A DNA stretch of 63,987 bases, the filler included, from Basidiobolus ranarum (Eukaryota): the NCBI GenBank assembly GCA_040143965.1. It is 4 parts of 4 records of this genome, joined end to end, with 100 filler letters (N's around TTAATTAATTAA, not from the genome) between each part and the next. Parts side by side here need not be neighbours in the genome. Positions count along the whole stretch, not along the records: positions 1 to 15,998 come from JASJQH010000358.1; positions 16,099 to 32,078 come from JASJQH010000359.1; 2 more parts are not named here. One strand, given 5' to 3'. A program made the translations under genes and the position numbers. How positions within the stretch are numbered: position 1 is the first letter of the stretch; the number at the start of each line of letters is the position of its first letter. This document shows, piece by piece, positions 13,748 to 27,305 of this stretch. Under the pieces are notes generated by a model, which made no database searches, was not told the origin of the DNA, and was given only the letters and a program-made list of their open reading frames with translations.

Positions 13748-15214
13748 TCATTCCGCGCGTAGGACTAGTTTTGTGGAATCTTTTTGAAAAGTTTGACTCC
13801 ACGCTAATTTCAAATCATAGTCAGAACAGATTTCACTCAATTGTGATTCATTGTAGTCATTATAATAGCCCAGTGTTCCGAATGTTCCAATTCTAGCTGT
13901 AATCTTCTGTTTTAGGTCAGATAGAGGGATTTCTGTAGATACTCTAATGATAATAATATCTGCATCATAAATCACTTTAACTTTCGCGAATTCCGGAGCA
14001 ATCAGAGCACTGGATCTTGAAGAGTTTGACTCCGTTAAACTAGGTGTCGGAAGTGAACGAATGTTTGGTGAGGTGTCCAAATTGAAGTCATAAGAGAGGC
14101 GTGTCGCTGGTTCGGTCTCTCCAAAGAAACTTCTTGCGAAAAAACTACCTTTAACTTCACGAGGTAACTCACATAGTTCCGTCAAGTAAGCAGTTAGCTG
14201 AGTTGCTCTTACTCGAGTGGCATCTACTGAGTTAACGGTAGTTGGTGCTGGTAAATATGGAATTAATCTTGGTAACCCGTTTAATCCAGTAAATTCTGGA
14301 AAAAGTTGCAATAGGCCAAGGTGAAATTCGTAGAACTCTTCGTATGTTTTGATCAATTGTCTAGAATAAGGTGCTCCAGAGAGTGTGATGTCCAGATCAT
14401 ACTCACTAGTATCTCCAAATAAGCGATATCCATAAACAGAGGCTGAGACTATTTGGTTGAGTTCAACCTTCTCCACTTCACCTCTAATCACCTGTTGCTT
14501 CACGGATACTGGTTTAGGTAAATGTCCTACTATGTCTGTGACTTTCTCTTTGGTGAGGGCATCATATATCTGGACATGTGAATGAGGAATCAACCCAGGC
14601 CCAACTAGTTTTCCTATGGGTTTGGCCAAAATCCACTTAGGCATAGGACATCCAACGACAACAACTACCTCTCCCGCCGCCACACTTAATTGCTCCGGAG
14701 TTGTGGCAATAAAAGTGCTGTGAACTTCACCGTAAAGGGATGCTTGTGCATTAGAAATTCCTCGTTTTCTTGTGTTGATAGTAGGTCTGATATCAATGGA
14801 AAGGTTTGGGAGGGAAGTCTTCTCGATTCTTTTACTGCTTGAGCCAGATCTACTAGCTGGGGCCGACCGAGCTTTCTTTTTCTCAGACATAGAGTTTACA
14901 TCCTCGATAACTTTCAAAAATTTCACTGGAACCAGTCCAGATTTCTTGGTAATAGGGTTACAAACAACCCACCAATCTTTGTCATTTTCCTGCCCTATGA
15001 CATACAACACTTCGCCGGCCTGAAAGGTGAAATCTTTGTCCAACGGAGTTTGATAGTTGTAGAGTGCTTTCACGTACTTCTTTGGTTCGGGAAACTTAAC
15101 TTCTGTACTATCATGAACTATTGATGTTTCCTTTCTCACGGAATCGGTGCGCTCTATATGTGTAGTCTTTGTGAGGGTATAGGTAGAACGACGAAATAGT
15201 TTAGGTGCACGCAT
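13748..15214 (-). CDS. BEM1: Bem1/Scd2-like polarity scaffold (SH3-SH3-PX-PB1), intronless
   Basis: SH3a KALYNY...DWW...GLVP, SH3b WILAKPIGKLVGPGLIP, PX YEEFYEFHLGLLQLFP...RLIPYLP and PB1 KVKVIYDADIIIIRV...SDYDL. Confidence 0.82.
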   Translation of the reverse strand: MRAPKLFRRSTYTLTKTTHIERTDSVRKETSIVHDSTEVKFPEPKKYVKALYNYQTPLDKDFTFQAGEVLYVIGQENDKDWWVVCNPITKKSGLVPVKFLKVIEDVNSMSEKKKARSAPASRSGSSSKRIEKTSLPNLSIDIRPTINTRKRGISNAQASLYGEVHSTFIATTPEQLSVAAGEVVVVVGCPMPKWILAKPIGKLVGPGLIPHSHVQIYDALTKEKVTDIVGHLPKPVSVKQQVIRGEVEKVELNQIVSASVYGYRLFGDTSEYDLDITLSGAPYSRQLIKTYEEFYEFHLGLLQLFPEFTGLNGLPRLIPYLPAPTTVNSVDATRVRATQLTAYLTELCELPREVKGSFFARSFFGETEPATRLSYDFNLDTSPNIRSLPTPSLTESNSSRSSALIAPEFAKVKVIYDADIIIIRVSTEIPLSDLKQKITARIGTFGTLGYYNDYNESQLSEICSDYDLKLAWSQTFQKDSTKLVLRAE

Positions 15215-15998
15215 ATTTTCGGTGACTACGATAGAGATGTAAGAATAATGAGATCTTTAGCAAACTAAAATATAAGAAAGTGAATAGCAAAATTCCAAGG
15301 AAATCAAAGGACCAGCACTGATTTCCAGATGTGTCGAATAAAATGAGAATAAGATTAGGTTCGAGGGAATATACTCCTTTTTATAATTACCTTCAAAATC
15401 CAATATAATATAATATCACCCAAAGAAGGGTTGTACCCAATCATTCCATATATTAAGGATTTGTACAGGTTTTCTGTCTCGAAGAGGATGTATCACTTAG
15501 TATGGCCGCTAAGAGTTACACATGTGAACTGTAACTACTGCTCACAGAATATCGTACCACGTGAGAGTGGTAGTACTTGTCTACCATTGTGCACCGCTTC
15601 CCTAAAAATCCACGCTCTATCAACTGGGAGAAAAAGGGATGGGTCACTGTTGCAACTGAAATAACATTCATCTACTAATTGACAACCCCGAGTGTCAAAT
15701 TAATCAATTCCGCTCCTGCTTAAATCTAAATGAAAGAAGAATATTCCATTATTTATGTGAGCTGGAACTAAAGATTTAATTTGCTTGACAACAGATGAAA
15801 ATCTGAGTGGTTTTAGAGTGACGGCATTGAATCCTCTCTCCTCTAATTCTATCACATCTTCCCCAACTCCACTGATCTTGCCTTGCATGTTGCAGACAAA
15901 ACAAAGTTGCCAATTCCGGGCTTGCCTTTACGGTGCTTATACAAGTTACATCAATCTAAATATTTCTCGACCCTCTTCACACATCAACACACTTCTCT

Positions 15999-16098
15999 NN
16001 NNNNNNNNNNNNNNNNNNNNNNNNNNNNNNNNNNNNNNNNNNTTAATTAATTAANNNNNNNNNNNNNNNNNNNNNNNNNNNNNNNNNNNNNNNNNNNN
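15999..16098. other. Artificial contig-joining linker
   Basis: N44-TTAATTAATTAA-N44, 100 nt, with stop codons in all frames. Confidence 0.97.
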
Positions 16099-17025
16099 GG
16101 CGACTCAGCCCAGCGACACCCCCCCCCTCACCATGAAAAAGCAGTTACGCGCGATGGATCATCTATCTCTGATCCACCCCCAGTGAATGTAACCTCGCCC
16201 ACGCTGAAGTCGCATTCAGAAACTGATATTCAATACATATCTCAGGCCTCAGATATACCGAGCCCAACTTTGGGTCCGATCACCAGATCCCAACGTCTAG
16301 GCCTAAAGTACCCACATTTTGGAATAGGAGGGAGTCAGAATTCGACAGACTTGCGCCTTTCTCCCACCAAGCACCGTTTTCAAAAGATTCAAAACCAAAT
16401 ATTCACCAACCCACTTCTGGCACTATTTGTCAATCCATTTGCTAATGATGTGAACATTCTTTCCGATTCTGATCAAGTTTCACCCAATCCTGTTCAACCC
16501 AGTCGGGAGGTTTATCAGGATGAAACCAGTAAATTTGAAACCTACATACACCCAGACTTCATACGAGCGTTACCAGGTAGAGTGTGGCTCCCGGTAAATC
16601 CAAGGACAAGACGGTTTAATCTAGATGAAGGAGTAATAGAGCGTGAGGAATGTCTCACATCCTCTCTCTTCCCCAAAAATGAGTCTTCAATTATTTGTTA
16701 CCAAGGGAATCTGGGTGTTGTATCACAAAAATCGGAAAACACCGAGACAGCCATAGATACGACTCATACAGGTGTTGCTTATGATAGAACTAATCAGCAT
16801 TTGGTCTATGTCGCTGACCCTAATACTCCTGAGAGTGAAACTGGCTCCACGTTCCGTCGAAGAGGTACTGTACGTGGCACCGGAAGCTCCATCATTGAAC
16901 TGATAGGGGGAGCATTCCGTGGACTGGGTAGTTTTGAACATGAACCAACCAGTCCACACCTATCTATTCGTGATCCAAACCAGGACACTCGTAGATCCTC
17001 CGTATCTAGCGGATTGAGTACGTAA
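16099..17025 (+). CDS. 3' fragment of a gene truncated by the linker; S/T/P-rich tail, possibly of a CSC1/OSCA (Rsn1/Phm7)-type membrane protein
   Basis: The frame is open from the first base after the gap (GDSAQRHPPP...). The motif YIHPDFIRALPGRVWLP resembles the YxHP...P..W(I/L)P tail of fungal CSC1-family proteins. The family call is tentative. Confidence 0.55.
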   Translation, partial: GDSAQRHPPPHHEKAVTRDGSSISDPPPVNVTSPTLKSHSETDIQYISQASDIPSPTLGPITRSQRLGLKYPHFGIGGSQNSTDLRLSPTKHRFQKIQNQIFTNPLLALFVNPFANDVNILSDSDQVSPNPVQPSREVYQDETSKFETYIHPDFIRALPGRVWLPVNPRTRRFNLDEGVIEREECLTSSLFPKNESSIICYQGNLGVVSQKSENTETAIDTTHTGVAYDRTNQHLVYVADPNTPESETGSTFRRRGTVRGTGSSIIELIGGAFRGLGSFEHEPTSPHLSIRDPNQDTRRSSVSSGLST

Positions 17026-17314
17026 AAGCTCGGTGTATATATTTACCAAGTAGAAATATATGGGTACTTTATTTGGAGTCATGTTTCCCATTTACAATAC
17101 GAGATTTTTTGTTATTAAAACTTTCAATATTTTACTTTAACTAAAGTGAATTTCACTGGTGATATCGGTTTCGGAACTGAATATCCAGAATTCTGGGGAT
17201 TTTTAATTCACTCAACACTTGTAAATAAATACGTGCAAAAGTAACCAAACATAGCACCAGCTCAGTACCTTTCAATTTATCAGGGGAACATAGTAAGAAA
17301 TTTTCGGAAGATTA

Positions 17315-20300
17315 TTAATTCCACTGACAGTTGCAATGGCAATCCGATACTGGGCATTCATTATGTCTTTGGAACCATTCCAAAATATGAGAGGCATGGC
17401 CACCGTGTCGACACTTTTGACACCAAGTAAACCACATACCAAAATTAGTCGGTGAATTAACTATATCATTAAAAAGTCAATAAATATGCATTTCAAGCGC
17501 ACAAATCTAACATTGTATTACCTTGGCTCCCATCTGGTTGACCCCCAATAGATAATTTTTTAGTAGAATCCATTGGAGTACCCAAATTTAACAGGCAAAG
17601 CGAGCATCTTGGTAATGGTTTCCGACAACTAGGGCAGCAGGTAGACTAAGATTCGAACGCATATACATTAGCATGCTAAAGAATTACATATTAACGTATT
17701 GCTCAGAATTACTAACCCCTACTCTCTTGTTTGAGTCACCGCTGATACCTCCCACACCTATCCGCCGTCCATCTCTACCACGGTTACCAGGTGCAAGGGA
17801 TGAATGGGCGACGCTTTGGCTGCAGAAATTGCATCTAACATAGACTTGTGGTGGCGTAATATCTGCGGATCTAGCACCCATCTTCTTGCCTCGTGCAATA
17901 TCAAAGTGGGCACGAATATGGTATAATTGCCAGCGATCCAATAATAAGCGATAACTTGTAGTTAGGAAAGATATGGTAAGTAACATAATACAGAGGCCAA
18001 AGAGAATCAAGCTGCAACATACTTTTCAGTCCATTCGTGAACTCTTTGATCTTTGAATCTTCGAGGTACAGAATAGCTCATTACCAAACTTGCGGTTTGA
18101 ATATCACCAGTATTATTTACATATTGCTCCATTAGATCGGCACCTTGGGTTGTAAGTCCTGTTAGGATAAGACCCTCGACATCACCCGTAACAAGCATTT
18201 TAGAAACTGTAGAATCCACATAACCAACGAGCTGTAAACTATTTAATATGATGTACCGTCATGCGATTGGTAAGATGGAGTTGCTTACCTCGTCGTCGTT
18301 CAAAAATCTAATTGCCACGCCAAGACGGTCTCTTAACGGCAGTTCCTCATGCTCCAACACAACTTTCCAATCACCCGATGAGATATATCCAAAGATAGCT
18401 CTCAAATAGGGGTCAGTTAGCTCCAAGCTCAGAGCTCGACATAAATCCTGCCAAATTGTGGAGCTACGGCCTTCCTTGTTGGAATGGCCTGCCAGTGCAG
18501 TGGAGATCAGCTTGAGTCGCTCATCTAGGGCAATAAATATCTTCAGTTTCTAATAAATAATCTGATGCAACCCAACAAAATAACTACCCTTGCTATTGCT
18601 CAAGATTCTAATGGCTTTAGTGAAATCTGCATGAAACAAAGCCCAACCGGCAGCTTTTTCAAACTCGCCATTGAGCTCCAAACTATAGAATAGCTTATTA
18701 GTAATACACCTGCAAGCATACATCACCCGTGAGCAAACTTACTTCGCTAAGACTTTATCAAGTTCAGATCTATTGAATCCCCAACCACACATTATAAGTG
18801 CTAGTTTTCTTTGTAAAGTGCGTGAACTTGACACCATATAAACCTCGTCACTATCGGTACTCGTGCTAGCTGGTATGTAATTGTTGTTGGAATTTGTACC
18901 AGTACTAGGGGTACGTGCAGTGAGTTGAGATCTTCTCTTAGGTGAAAGTGCTTCACATTGGAGAATTCGGCTTAGAAATTGAAGATAATGAGTAATGGAA
19001 ACTACTAGGAAGGTTACCTCGAATATCTTCAAGCACGGTTTGTATTCCTTGAAAGCTGAAATCATAGTTTCCAATCTTGGCCTGACCAGCAGCTGTTAGC
19101 TCTTCAGCCTCTGTTGTATTGATGAGTGAAGTAAATAACAGAAATAGGTTTTGACGAAACGAATTAAGATGCATTTAAATGGAATTTTCAAAGAGGATAC
19201 GAGTTAACCACTCCCAAAGTTCCTTTAAAGGCCTCGATTCCGCGATAATAGGTAGATTTCCGATAGTCTATTAATGAAAAAATGAGCAAGTTAAAGCGCG
19301 GTACATTGCACTAGATGTTCACTTATTCTGAAAGGTCGATATACTTACAGTCATCGAATAGCCTTTGATGGCGCGATTTTTCATAACAACAGATATGTCG
19401 GACTGAAGATCTGCAGTCCCATTGGATTCAGATGCTATCTGCAAAGTTGATTTTGCGCTTTTAAACAATTTTTTCCCGCCCATATTACTATCCAGGGCTA
19501 GCTGAGCCATGAATCTTCCGAGAGCGTCGCTATTTTTCATCTCTTTTTCATCATCCATATTCGGAGTAGAGTCTTTGTGTAAATCCTCCATAGCATTTTC
19601 ATCTTCCGTCTCAATTTGAGAAATGTTTTTGTTACCAGCAATCAGTAGATTTCCGCTTGGTTTCCATGTGATTTTGAAGGATTCCTGGATTGTTACATTT
19701 TCAATCAAAGAATCCTTATTAACTGAAAGTAAATGATATGTAGAAGAGTTCGAAGAGTAGGGAACCCAAGCAAAGGAAGCGAGGGGTCTGGAGAATAGCT
19801 TTGCTAAAAGAAAAATAGAATGAGCGCATGCAACAAACGAGGCTGCTGAACTAGATATAAACGAAGCATACTTTGTCTACATTTCCAGAGTACAGGCACA
19901 TCACATTCGTCTTCTGGATTGCTATAGCCAATTGAGGCAGAGCTGGATTGAACGCTAGCTAGTTTATCCGAAACATTGCCGATTCCACCTACACCGACCG
20001 TGGTTCCTGAACCCATAACGTTTGAAGTCCCACCTACAGCGGCAGATTTTATTACACTACCTGTGTTGATCAAGTCGCCAGGTAACGGCACCCTAGCAGT
20101 GCTTAGAGTATTCCCGGTCATATAGCTGCTACCACCACTCATTAACATGCTATTTGTGTCAGCAAAATTTCCGTTGGCTCCATAGCCAGCAGAACTTCGA
20201 TTAGGATACAATGTTGAAGATGTGTAAGCCTTAGTCGTTCCTTCTTGAATATCCCAAATACGAACATAATTTGACTCCTTCCCGAGAGTAGCTAGAAGGC

Positions 20301-21836
20301 CCGATCTGCGTGGTGAAAAGGCCATATTTGATAAACCTAACGATCTAGTTGACCCATTGATTGTCAAAACGTAAAAATTCCATTAAGGATAAGGCATATA
20401 AGGATGTTGAATAAAGACAATCAGAAAATATGAAAAGGATATTGCTTCAGTAGGCTTTCGAATATCCCAGATTTTCACTACTCCATCTTCTGTGTGTGAT
20501 GCGAACCTATAGGGGTGAAATGGATCCACACTTATACCATAGATTGCCTTGGTAGCAAAAATCACACTTGGCGGACTGCTCGAATCCGCTATCATTGAGC
20601 ACGATAAGATTAATACAAGAATTGGCTAAATAAAAGCTTCGTATTTGATCAAACTTGCCTCGAACATCATATACTCGTAGCCACTTCAAGCCCATACCAG
20701 CAACTAGCTGTGATGGAGAGTCAGGAAACCACGCACAAGAGGTGATAGCCTCTGATGAGCCATATTGCTGAATAGGTCTAACGTCTTCGCTACGAGGATA
20801 ACTGGAGAATAAAATAAATGAGTAACTAACTCAAATACCATAAAATTTAGACAACTTGTACTCACGCAGATGAAACCATTTGCTTAAGTGGGTTCGTATC
20901 TGAAGGCAGTGGATTCATTGTCATTCTAGCTGGCTCTATTTTCACAATCTCTGGTAAGTAATAGACTTTGGTACATTTACAATATCCGTGGTGGAATTAC
21001 CGAATGTTGATGATTCGTTTCCATTGGTACGTATAGAAACCACCTTCTTGGGAGTTGAATGAGTTCCTTCGTTGTGAAAAAATGGACTTTTCTCCGCAGG
21101 AACACTTTTTCCAACACTTCCACTAAAGCTATCTTCTCGATTTAGAGTAGGTCTAAAGTTTCCTACTCCTGAATTGTTCGGAGCACCACGTGCCTGCTGT
21201 ACATCCCATATCATTAAACAGTAATCGTTTCGCACTTTGTCCAATCCTGTCGCTAGAAGCTTCGGCTCTGCATCAGAAAACGCCACAACATTACAAGCTC
21301 TAGAGTGGCGTATGTTAAAAGATGGATATGTTTGTTGCTGTGCAAATGACAAAGGTCTATTGAAGCTTTTATTTGTCGGAGATGCTATGTAAGGAGAAGA
21401 ATCGACGGGTGCACTGTTGCTCAATCGAACTAATAAGGTCCGTCCCGTTGTTAAACCGACGGCAATTAAATCTGGAAAGGAGGGATCTGGCGACCAGGCA
21501 AAACACTTAATTTGTAACAAATTTTATTTAGATCCAAACTTGCGGCTAGAAATATAAGTAGATTTACCTTCATTAAGGGAACGTCAGAATTAACCGCTAT
21601 CATGGAGATTTCAGGACTATCCCCGGCCATCTGTTGGTGAATAAAGTAAACGAGCCGATTACTGCTATTTAGTCGAGGCCATAGTCTATAGAAGTACAGA
21701 ACGGAATAAGCATGTTGGTTTTACGTACCCTAGGTGCCACCCATTCATAAAGTCTTAAATCTGTAGAACCAATAATAAATTGATTATGGTCCGGGTGCGG
21801 GGACCAAACCACTCTTTGGTTTCGAATGGTATTCAT
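17315..21836 (-). CDS. SEA4: GATOR2/SEACAT subunit Sea4/MIOS, multi-exon
   Basis: [14 protein letters not shown] start, WD40 segment RACNVVAFS...[54 protein letters not shown]-terminal Zn region [14 protein letters not shown] and [16 protein letters not shown]...[10 protein letters not shown]. Confidence 0.93.
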
Positions 21837-23528
21837 TTTTTAATAACTAATCGAAGAAGCAACACCACTCAAGTCGCCAAATAATACATCCAAATATTCC
21901 GCATTACCCATCGATTTGGATTATATTCTTAATGATGATCTTTACCCCAGTCGCAGCTAATTCTTCAAATTAATCAAAAATTACACTTTCAATTACAAAT
22001 TAACTATATTAATACCAATTGCAATACGTTACATGCACACTATTCTTTAGCAGATATCCAGGTGAAATTGGTTTTTCTACGGTCATAAACATCACCCAAT
22101 CACAGAGGAGGCAGCTTAAAAACATGAAGATGCTTGCTCTCATTAGTTGCCAAGTGACTACCTAAATCTACTCGAATCTCCAAAGCTAGTATATATTCAA
22201 AGACTTGTGTGAAAATACAACGAGCAATCAACAGGGACCTTACAGGGCTTAAGAAGGACTCTTGTATACGCGTACAGTGATGATGCCAAGCTAATGATAT
22301 TGCTATAACCAAATGATCTGCTAAATCAAGCCTCTAGCCAAACATCTCTTTCTTCGTGGCCAGAGGTAAAATTGCCGTGCTAAGGGTGAAGAAAATACAG
22401 ATATTTTGAAACATGATCAGGTTTTCATTTGAAGACAACGACTTCGATTATAAAAGCACTAAATTGGAATCGACAAAATAATCGTCTTCCAAAATATGAG
22501 TATTCATTGAAAAGGCATATCTGCACCAAGTTATTCAAGTCATACACAACATCAGAAATTGTGTACTAACATGCTTATGTATTCAACATATTTTCACAGT
22601 CCGAAGGGTATAAAGATATTAGTGGTAGTTTCGGAATTCCAGGTTATATCTTAATATCTGTTTTAACAACTGTTAACACAGTAGAATTTTTGAATTACGA
22701 ATTCCATTATGTCTTTGCCAAGTGCGTGAGAGGCCTGTTCGTATTACTCATCGAAAAGACTTCAAAGATTCTTCTCAATGCGCGATACTTGCTGACTAAC
22801 AAAATCCAAATTGTTCCTCTTTGACTATGTCTCCATATGATAGCTACCTCCGTTCTCTCTGCGGGATAGACACTTTTTGTTAGAAATTTTGATCATGTTC
22901 CTCAATAACTATAGCCATTTCTAAAGAATATTCTAACTTCACTAAAAAAGAAGACTTAATTTATACTCTATAGAAAGAAGTTATCCTTCTACTAGCAAAG
23001 GTAAATAAATCTATTACGAGTCATCATGAACGTAAAATATCTAGGAGAGAGATCAGGTCTACTGATAAACTTCCCGTCAAAAGTTATTGAACTCAGCAAT
23101 GTTAGATATCCTCCATATATGAGGCGAGTATGGATACTATCAAGTGGGTATGAGCACATGTATCGTTACAATTTGTTCTAATGATCCACAATCAAATATC
23201 ACCAATGAATATTTATTAACATGATCTGTGGTGAATGGAAGTTGCCGAATGGCTTCTATGCTGCTAACTCGGAATATTTCATGAGTGACTACTATTAGGT
23301 AGGTGGCTTGCGGTTTAGTAGATTTCAAAACCTATATGAATGGAATGCGTCTGAGGGGGTTTCAATAGCATTCAGTTTCAGTGGTTTATTTAAAGCATAA
23401 TAATTGAAGAAATAAAGTATTCATCTTATTAGTTGATTTGATTGGAGAAATCTTTTTTTCTTCTCAATATTATCAAGAATTGAGGATTGATACGACTAAC
23501 CAGTCTTTACTAAAGCTCACACTGAAAT

Positions 23529-24281
23529 ATGACAGTTTCTTTGGCAAATAAAGAGCTATTTGGTGGTGCGATCACCACCTATATCCCTAGTTCTTTCATC
23601 GACATAAGGTGAATTTCAACAGCATAAAGATGAATCTTACTTGTAAGCTTATTCCTTTTCTTTCAACAGTCAATTACGTGAAGTGCCAGACAACCAAGAG
23701 GTCTATGTAGATACTGACACTGACCAGAGTATTATTGTAGAATTATTAGAGTTGGTCGAGGAAGCTTCCGATGAAGAATGTGCCAAGTATGTTCAGATAG
23801 ATTCCATTTCTTCTAAAAATCTTAGCTGACCAAATTTACTTAGATATCATTTCAAGCAAATTGCCGAACACAATGATGCTTCGTCGGAGAATGAAGTAGT
23901 AAAATTAGTTACGCTAAGCGAAGCTGAAGTACCTAATCTACCGTAAGAGGAGAGAAACTGATTTTTTCACTAAAATTCCTACTGACTCTTATCTCTTGAA
24001 ATAGTTCGGATTGCATGAAATATCTACTTGTGGGAAGACAATCGGTCACTAAATATAACGAATCCGACCCTAATTCACGTAATGTTGTAAACATTTATTT
24101 GGCCGTATTCCGGATTCCCAGAATCACCACTGATATTATTGTAAGCTATAACCACCCAGTCGTTATTGGCACTACAAGCAGTAGTAGGGATACACAAGCA
24201 GGTTCAATAGATGAGGTAGAAACCAACTTCAAGAAAATCCTTGCTTCTTTTAACATCAACGATTGGTCACTTTTCTGTTGA
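23529..24281 (+). CDS. MOG1: Ran guanine-nucleotide release factor Mog1, 4 exons
   Basis: Spliced KELFGGAITTYIP...QLREVPDNQEVYVD...DQSIIVELLE, YHFKQIAEHNDA, LAVFRIPRITTDIIVSYN...INDWSLF. Confidence 0.92.
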
Positions 24282-24760
24282 AATAAATCGCCATTGTTTC
24301 TTGACCAAGGGTCTACCTTTACATGCAAAGTTCTATTCTACTGTGGATAGTTTGTATTGCGAGAGCTGAAGGCGAGGAAGAAGAGATCTATATGAAGATT
24401 CATCCTACAATCAGCTCTTAATTTCCGAGACTTGGTTACTGGGATCAAATGTCGATTAAGTACAGATTTCTGATATTTTGTAAACACTTTGAACTGGAAA
24501 GAATATTATTCTATTCAACCATGTCCGAGGCCTCATTCATATTTCAATATTTGTGAGCCGAGAGAGCCAAACTACTTGTTCATCTTTAAAAGGGCTCACA
24601 GTATTCTTTAAAATCAAATAATGGAAAAGTGCACTTTAAAAGTAAACTTCGATTTGAAATTTTAGTAGTATGATTGAGGCTTGGTGTATTGACCATATCA
24701 GATGAAGGGAAAGATATGTGAGTATGCTATTATATGGTAAACCAATCAGCCTTGATCAAT

Positions 24761-25581
24761 TTAGATGGAATCAGTAAGCATCTTGTTCAACTTGGTGACC
24801 TTTGAAGAGACCGACATGTCGATGGTCTTATCTCCAAATTCAATTACAAGTCCACCGAGAATGGAAGGATTGACCTTGTTTTGAACAGTAAGTTTCTTGC
24901 TACCGGCAAGAGTACCCTTGGTAAGGGAATCTTGAAGTTGTTTCAATTGAGCAGAGTTAAGAGACTTGGCTGAAGTGACAGTTACCAAAACTTCTCCACG
25001 GTGGGCCATCATAAGAGAGTTGAAAGAGTTAATAATTTTAGAGGTTTGGTTGAGACGACCATTTTCAGAAAGAAGATCGAAAAAATTCTTGGTTGTTTCA
25101 GTGAGTTTTTGTTCGCCGAGAAGAATATCAATACCGGCTCTCTTGTTTTTCTTCATAAGAGTAGGATTTTCAAGGAAGAATTGAACTTTGTCACTTTTGT
25201 CGATGATTTGTTTAAGCTTGGCTAATTCACCCTCAACAGCATCGAGTTGGTTCTTCTTTGCCGCAGCAGTGAAGAGAGCAGTAGCATAACGACCGTCAAG
25301 ACCAAATAAAGTTAAAGGAACCTATAACACTCTAGTTAGTCATGCCAAATATCAATTCCGAATAATAATAATTTCTAGAAGTAATGGTCTCCATAGATAA
25401 TAAAAACCAAGGAACTTTGAATACCTTTACTCGCTGGGCAGTAGCAAAGGTGCGGACTGAGCGCTGTCATATGGAAATTAAGTATAATTCAGTATGAGCC
25501 TATTTGGAAGTAAACTCATGAGCATTGAATATTTTAATAAAATATTACCAAAGGGGTAACTGCAATTCTAGCGAAGTTCAT
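24761..25581 (-). CDS. ATP5: Mitochondrial ATP synthase OSCP subunit, 3 exons
   Basis: Targeting peptide MNFARIAVTPL, then PLTLFGLDGRYATALFTAAAK, LLSENGRL, VTVTSA and KVNPSILGGLVIEFGDKTIDMSVSSK. Confidence 0.96.
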
Positions 25582-27305
25582 ATTTCTTAATATAAAATAT
25601 CAGGATAAGGAAGTAAAGAGGTATAAAATCAAGAGACAAGCCGAGTGAAAAGCAGTGTGCATAAGCCCTCATATTTAGTCACCCCAATAATCTAAAAAAC
25701 CCGCCCCACGTTAGACTTGCTAACGTTTAAATCGATTACAATTTAATCTACTTCTTTGTATGTGCTATGGTAGAAATCATCCCCAAGCTTTTGCTCGTCA
25801 CGCTGTTGGTAAACTCTTACCATTGGCCACCAGCCCTAGTTAGCAGTTTAACCATTTCATTTTAGAACTGACACGATCACAGAATAATAAACAAGGATCA
25901 AATAGTGCTTATTAGTGTCAAGGCAAGAACTACGAAGAACCCTCACAACGATAAATATTCCAGATTGTCTGGCGTTTCCGGGTGAAACACGTGCGACATT
26001 CAAGGTCTTGATATCTCTGTGATCGGAGAGCAAATGAAGTTCCCAACAACATTCAACAACTCCATCGATCATTAAGTTTTTTTTGTTGGTTGAGATGTGT
26101 TTAATGTTGCTTGTAAAACAACAGCAGAATCAGATCGAAATACAGATTTCGGTAGGTTATTTGACGATGCAATGCCCAAGTATTCCGGCAGCGGGAATCA
26201 ACAGTAGAATAAATTCATTTAAGCCTCAGCAAGAAATTGATATTCGTCTAATGCTTTCATTCTTAAAGTCCTCCTAACCCCTTTAACCCCAGTTACATGT
26301 CTTTCCATGCTCTAACTCAAAAGATTGCTCTCAGGTACTACCAATACGAGCTTTTAACCGCACTGTACATGTTGGAGCCATGGGAAAAAATCCTATTTAG
26401 TATCCATTTTCAAATTAATGGTAGTATGACATGAATTTTGTTGCAATTATAACTCCTTGACTCTCTGAATTTAGATGGCATATTGGCTACAATCATTTTG
26501 CTTCCTGTATATACTACCTGTATCTATCTTCCACCATACACCAGGGAGTTTGTACAGTATTTAGTGGATATTTTTTAGTACTTGCTATGTGTTTAAGAAT
26601 AGCCATAATAATCTACACTTGAATACTATAGCATCATTGTGGCTACTCAATCCAGTGTGGATACAGGTTGTACAATATCGCAGCGTTGCCCACCCAAGAA
26701 TAAATACGCAAAGGTTCATTTAGATCAATATTTCGTATGAACTATGGCAAATAGCGGCAAAAGCATTGATATCTACAAGAATGTAGATCATTTTGAGGTG
26801 TATGGTGTAACCAAAAAAAGTCTCTACATTGCAAGTGGTGTCAACCTAATAGCAAGGAGTTACTGCACTTCAAACCCGATTCACAATTAGGTTTCTACTG
26901 TTGTTATGTCCATAGAGCGCGAAATCCCAAGTAGTAATACCTCTGTACAGTGAAGATGAAAAGAGTCTTCTAATGGTTAGACCTGAAGCTCCACTTTCGT
27001 ATTTATATTTTCGTTCAAAGAGCTTCAATCTTGGTATTTGTGGGTATTCTTTGGACTTAAGATATAATCACAGCTCTAGGTAGTTTATCAATTTATTGGA
27101 GACTAGTGGTGACTTGGTTGGCAGAGATCAAGAGGCGAGTGAATTAGAATGGACTATTCAAAATTGAATAAATCGAAATCGATTGGTTCTACCAAGATCA
27201 CTCTCTGTATGAAATATGTATATGTAAATTTAGTAAACCAGTGGAAACATTAGTTAATAGGTAAACTCGTAATGAGGATTGATATATGTTAACGTTATAC
27301 TACAG

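Noticed and set aside
16043-16054. Palindromic TTAATTAATTAA, repeated three times in the window
   Set aside because: It is embedded in N runs and is a synthetic all-frame-stop linker.
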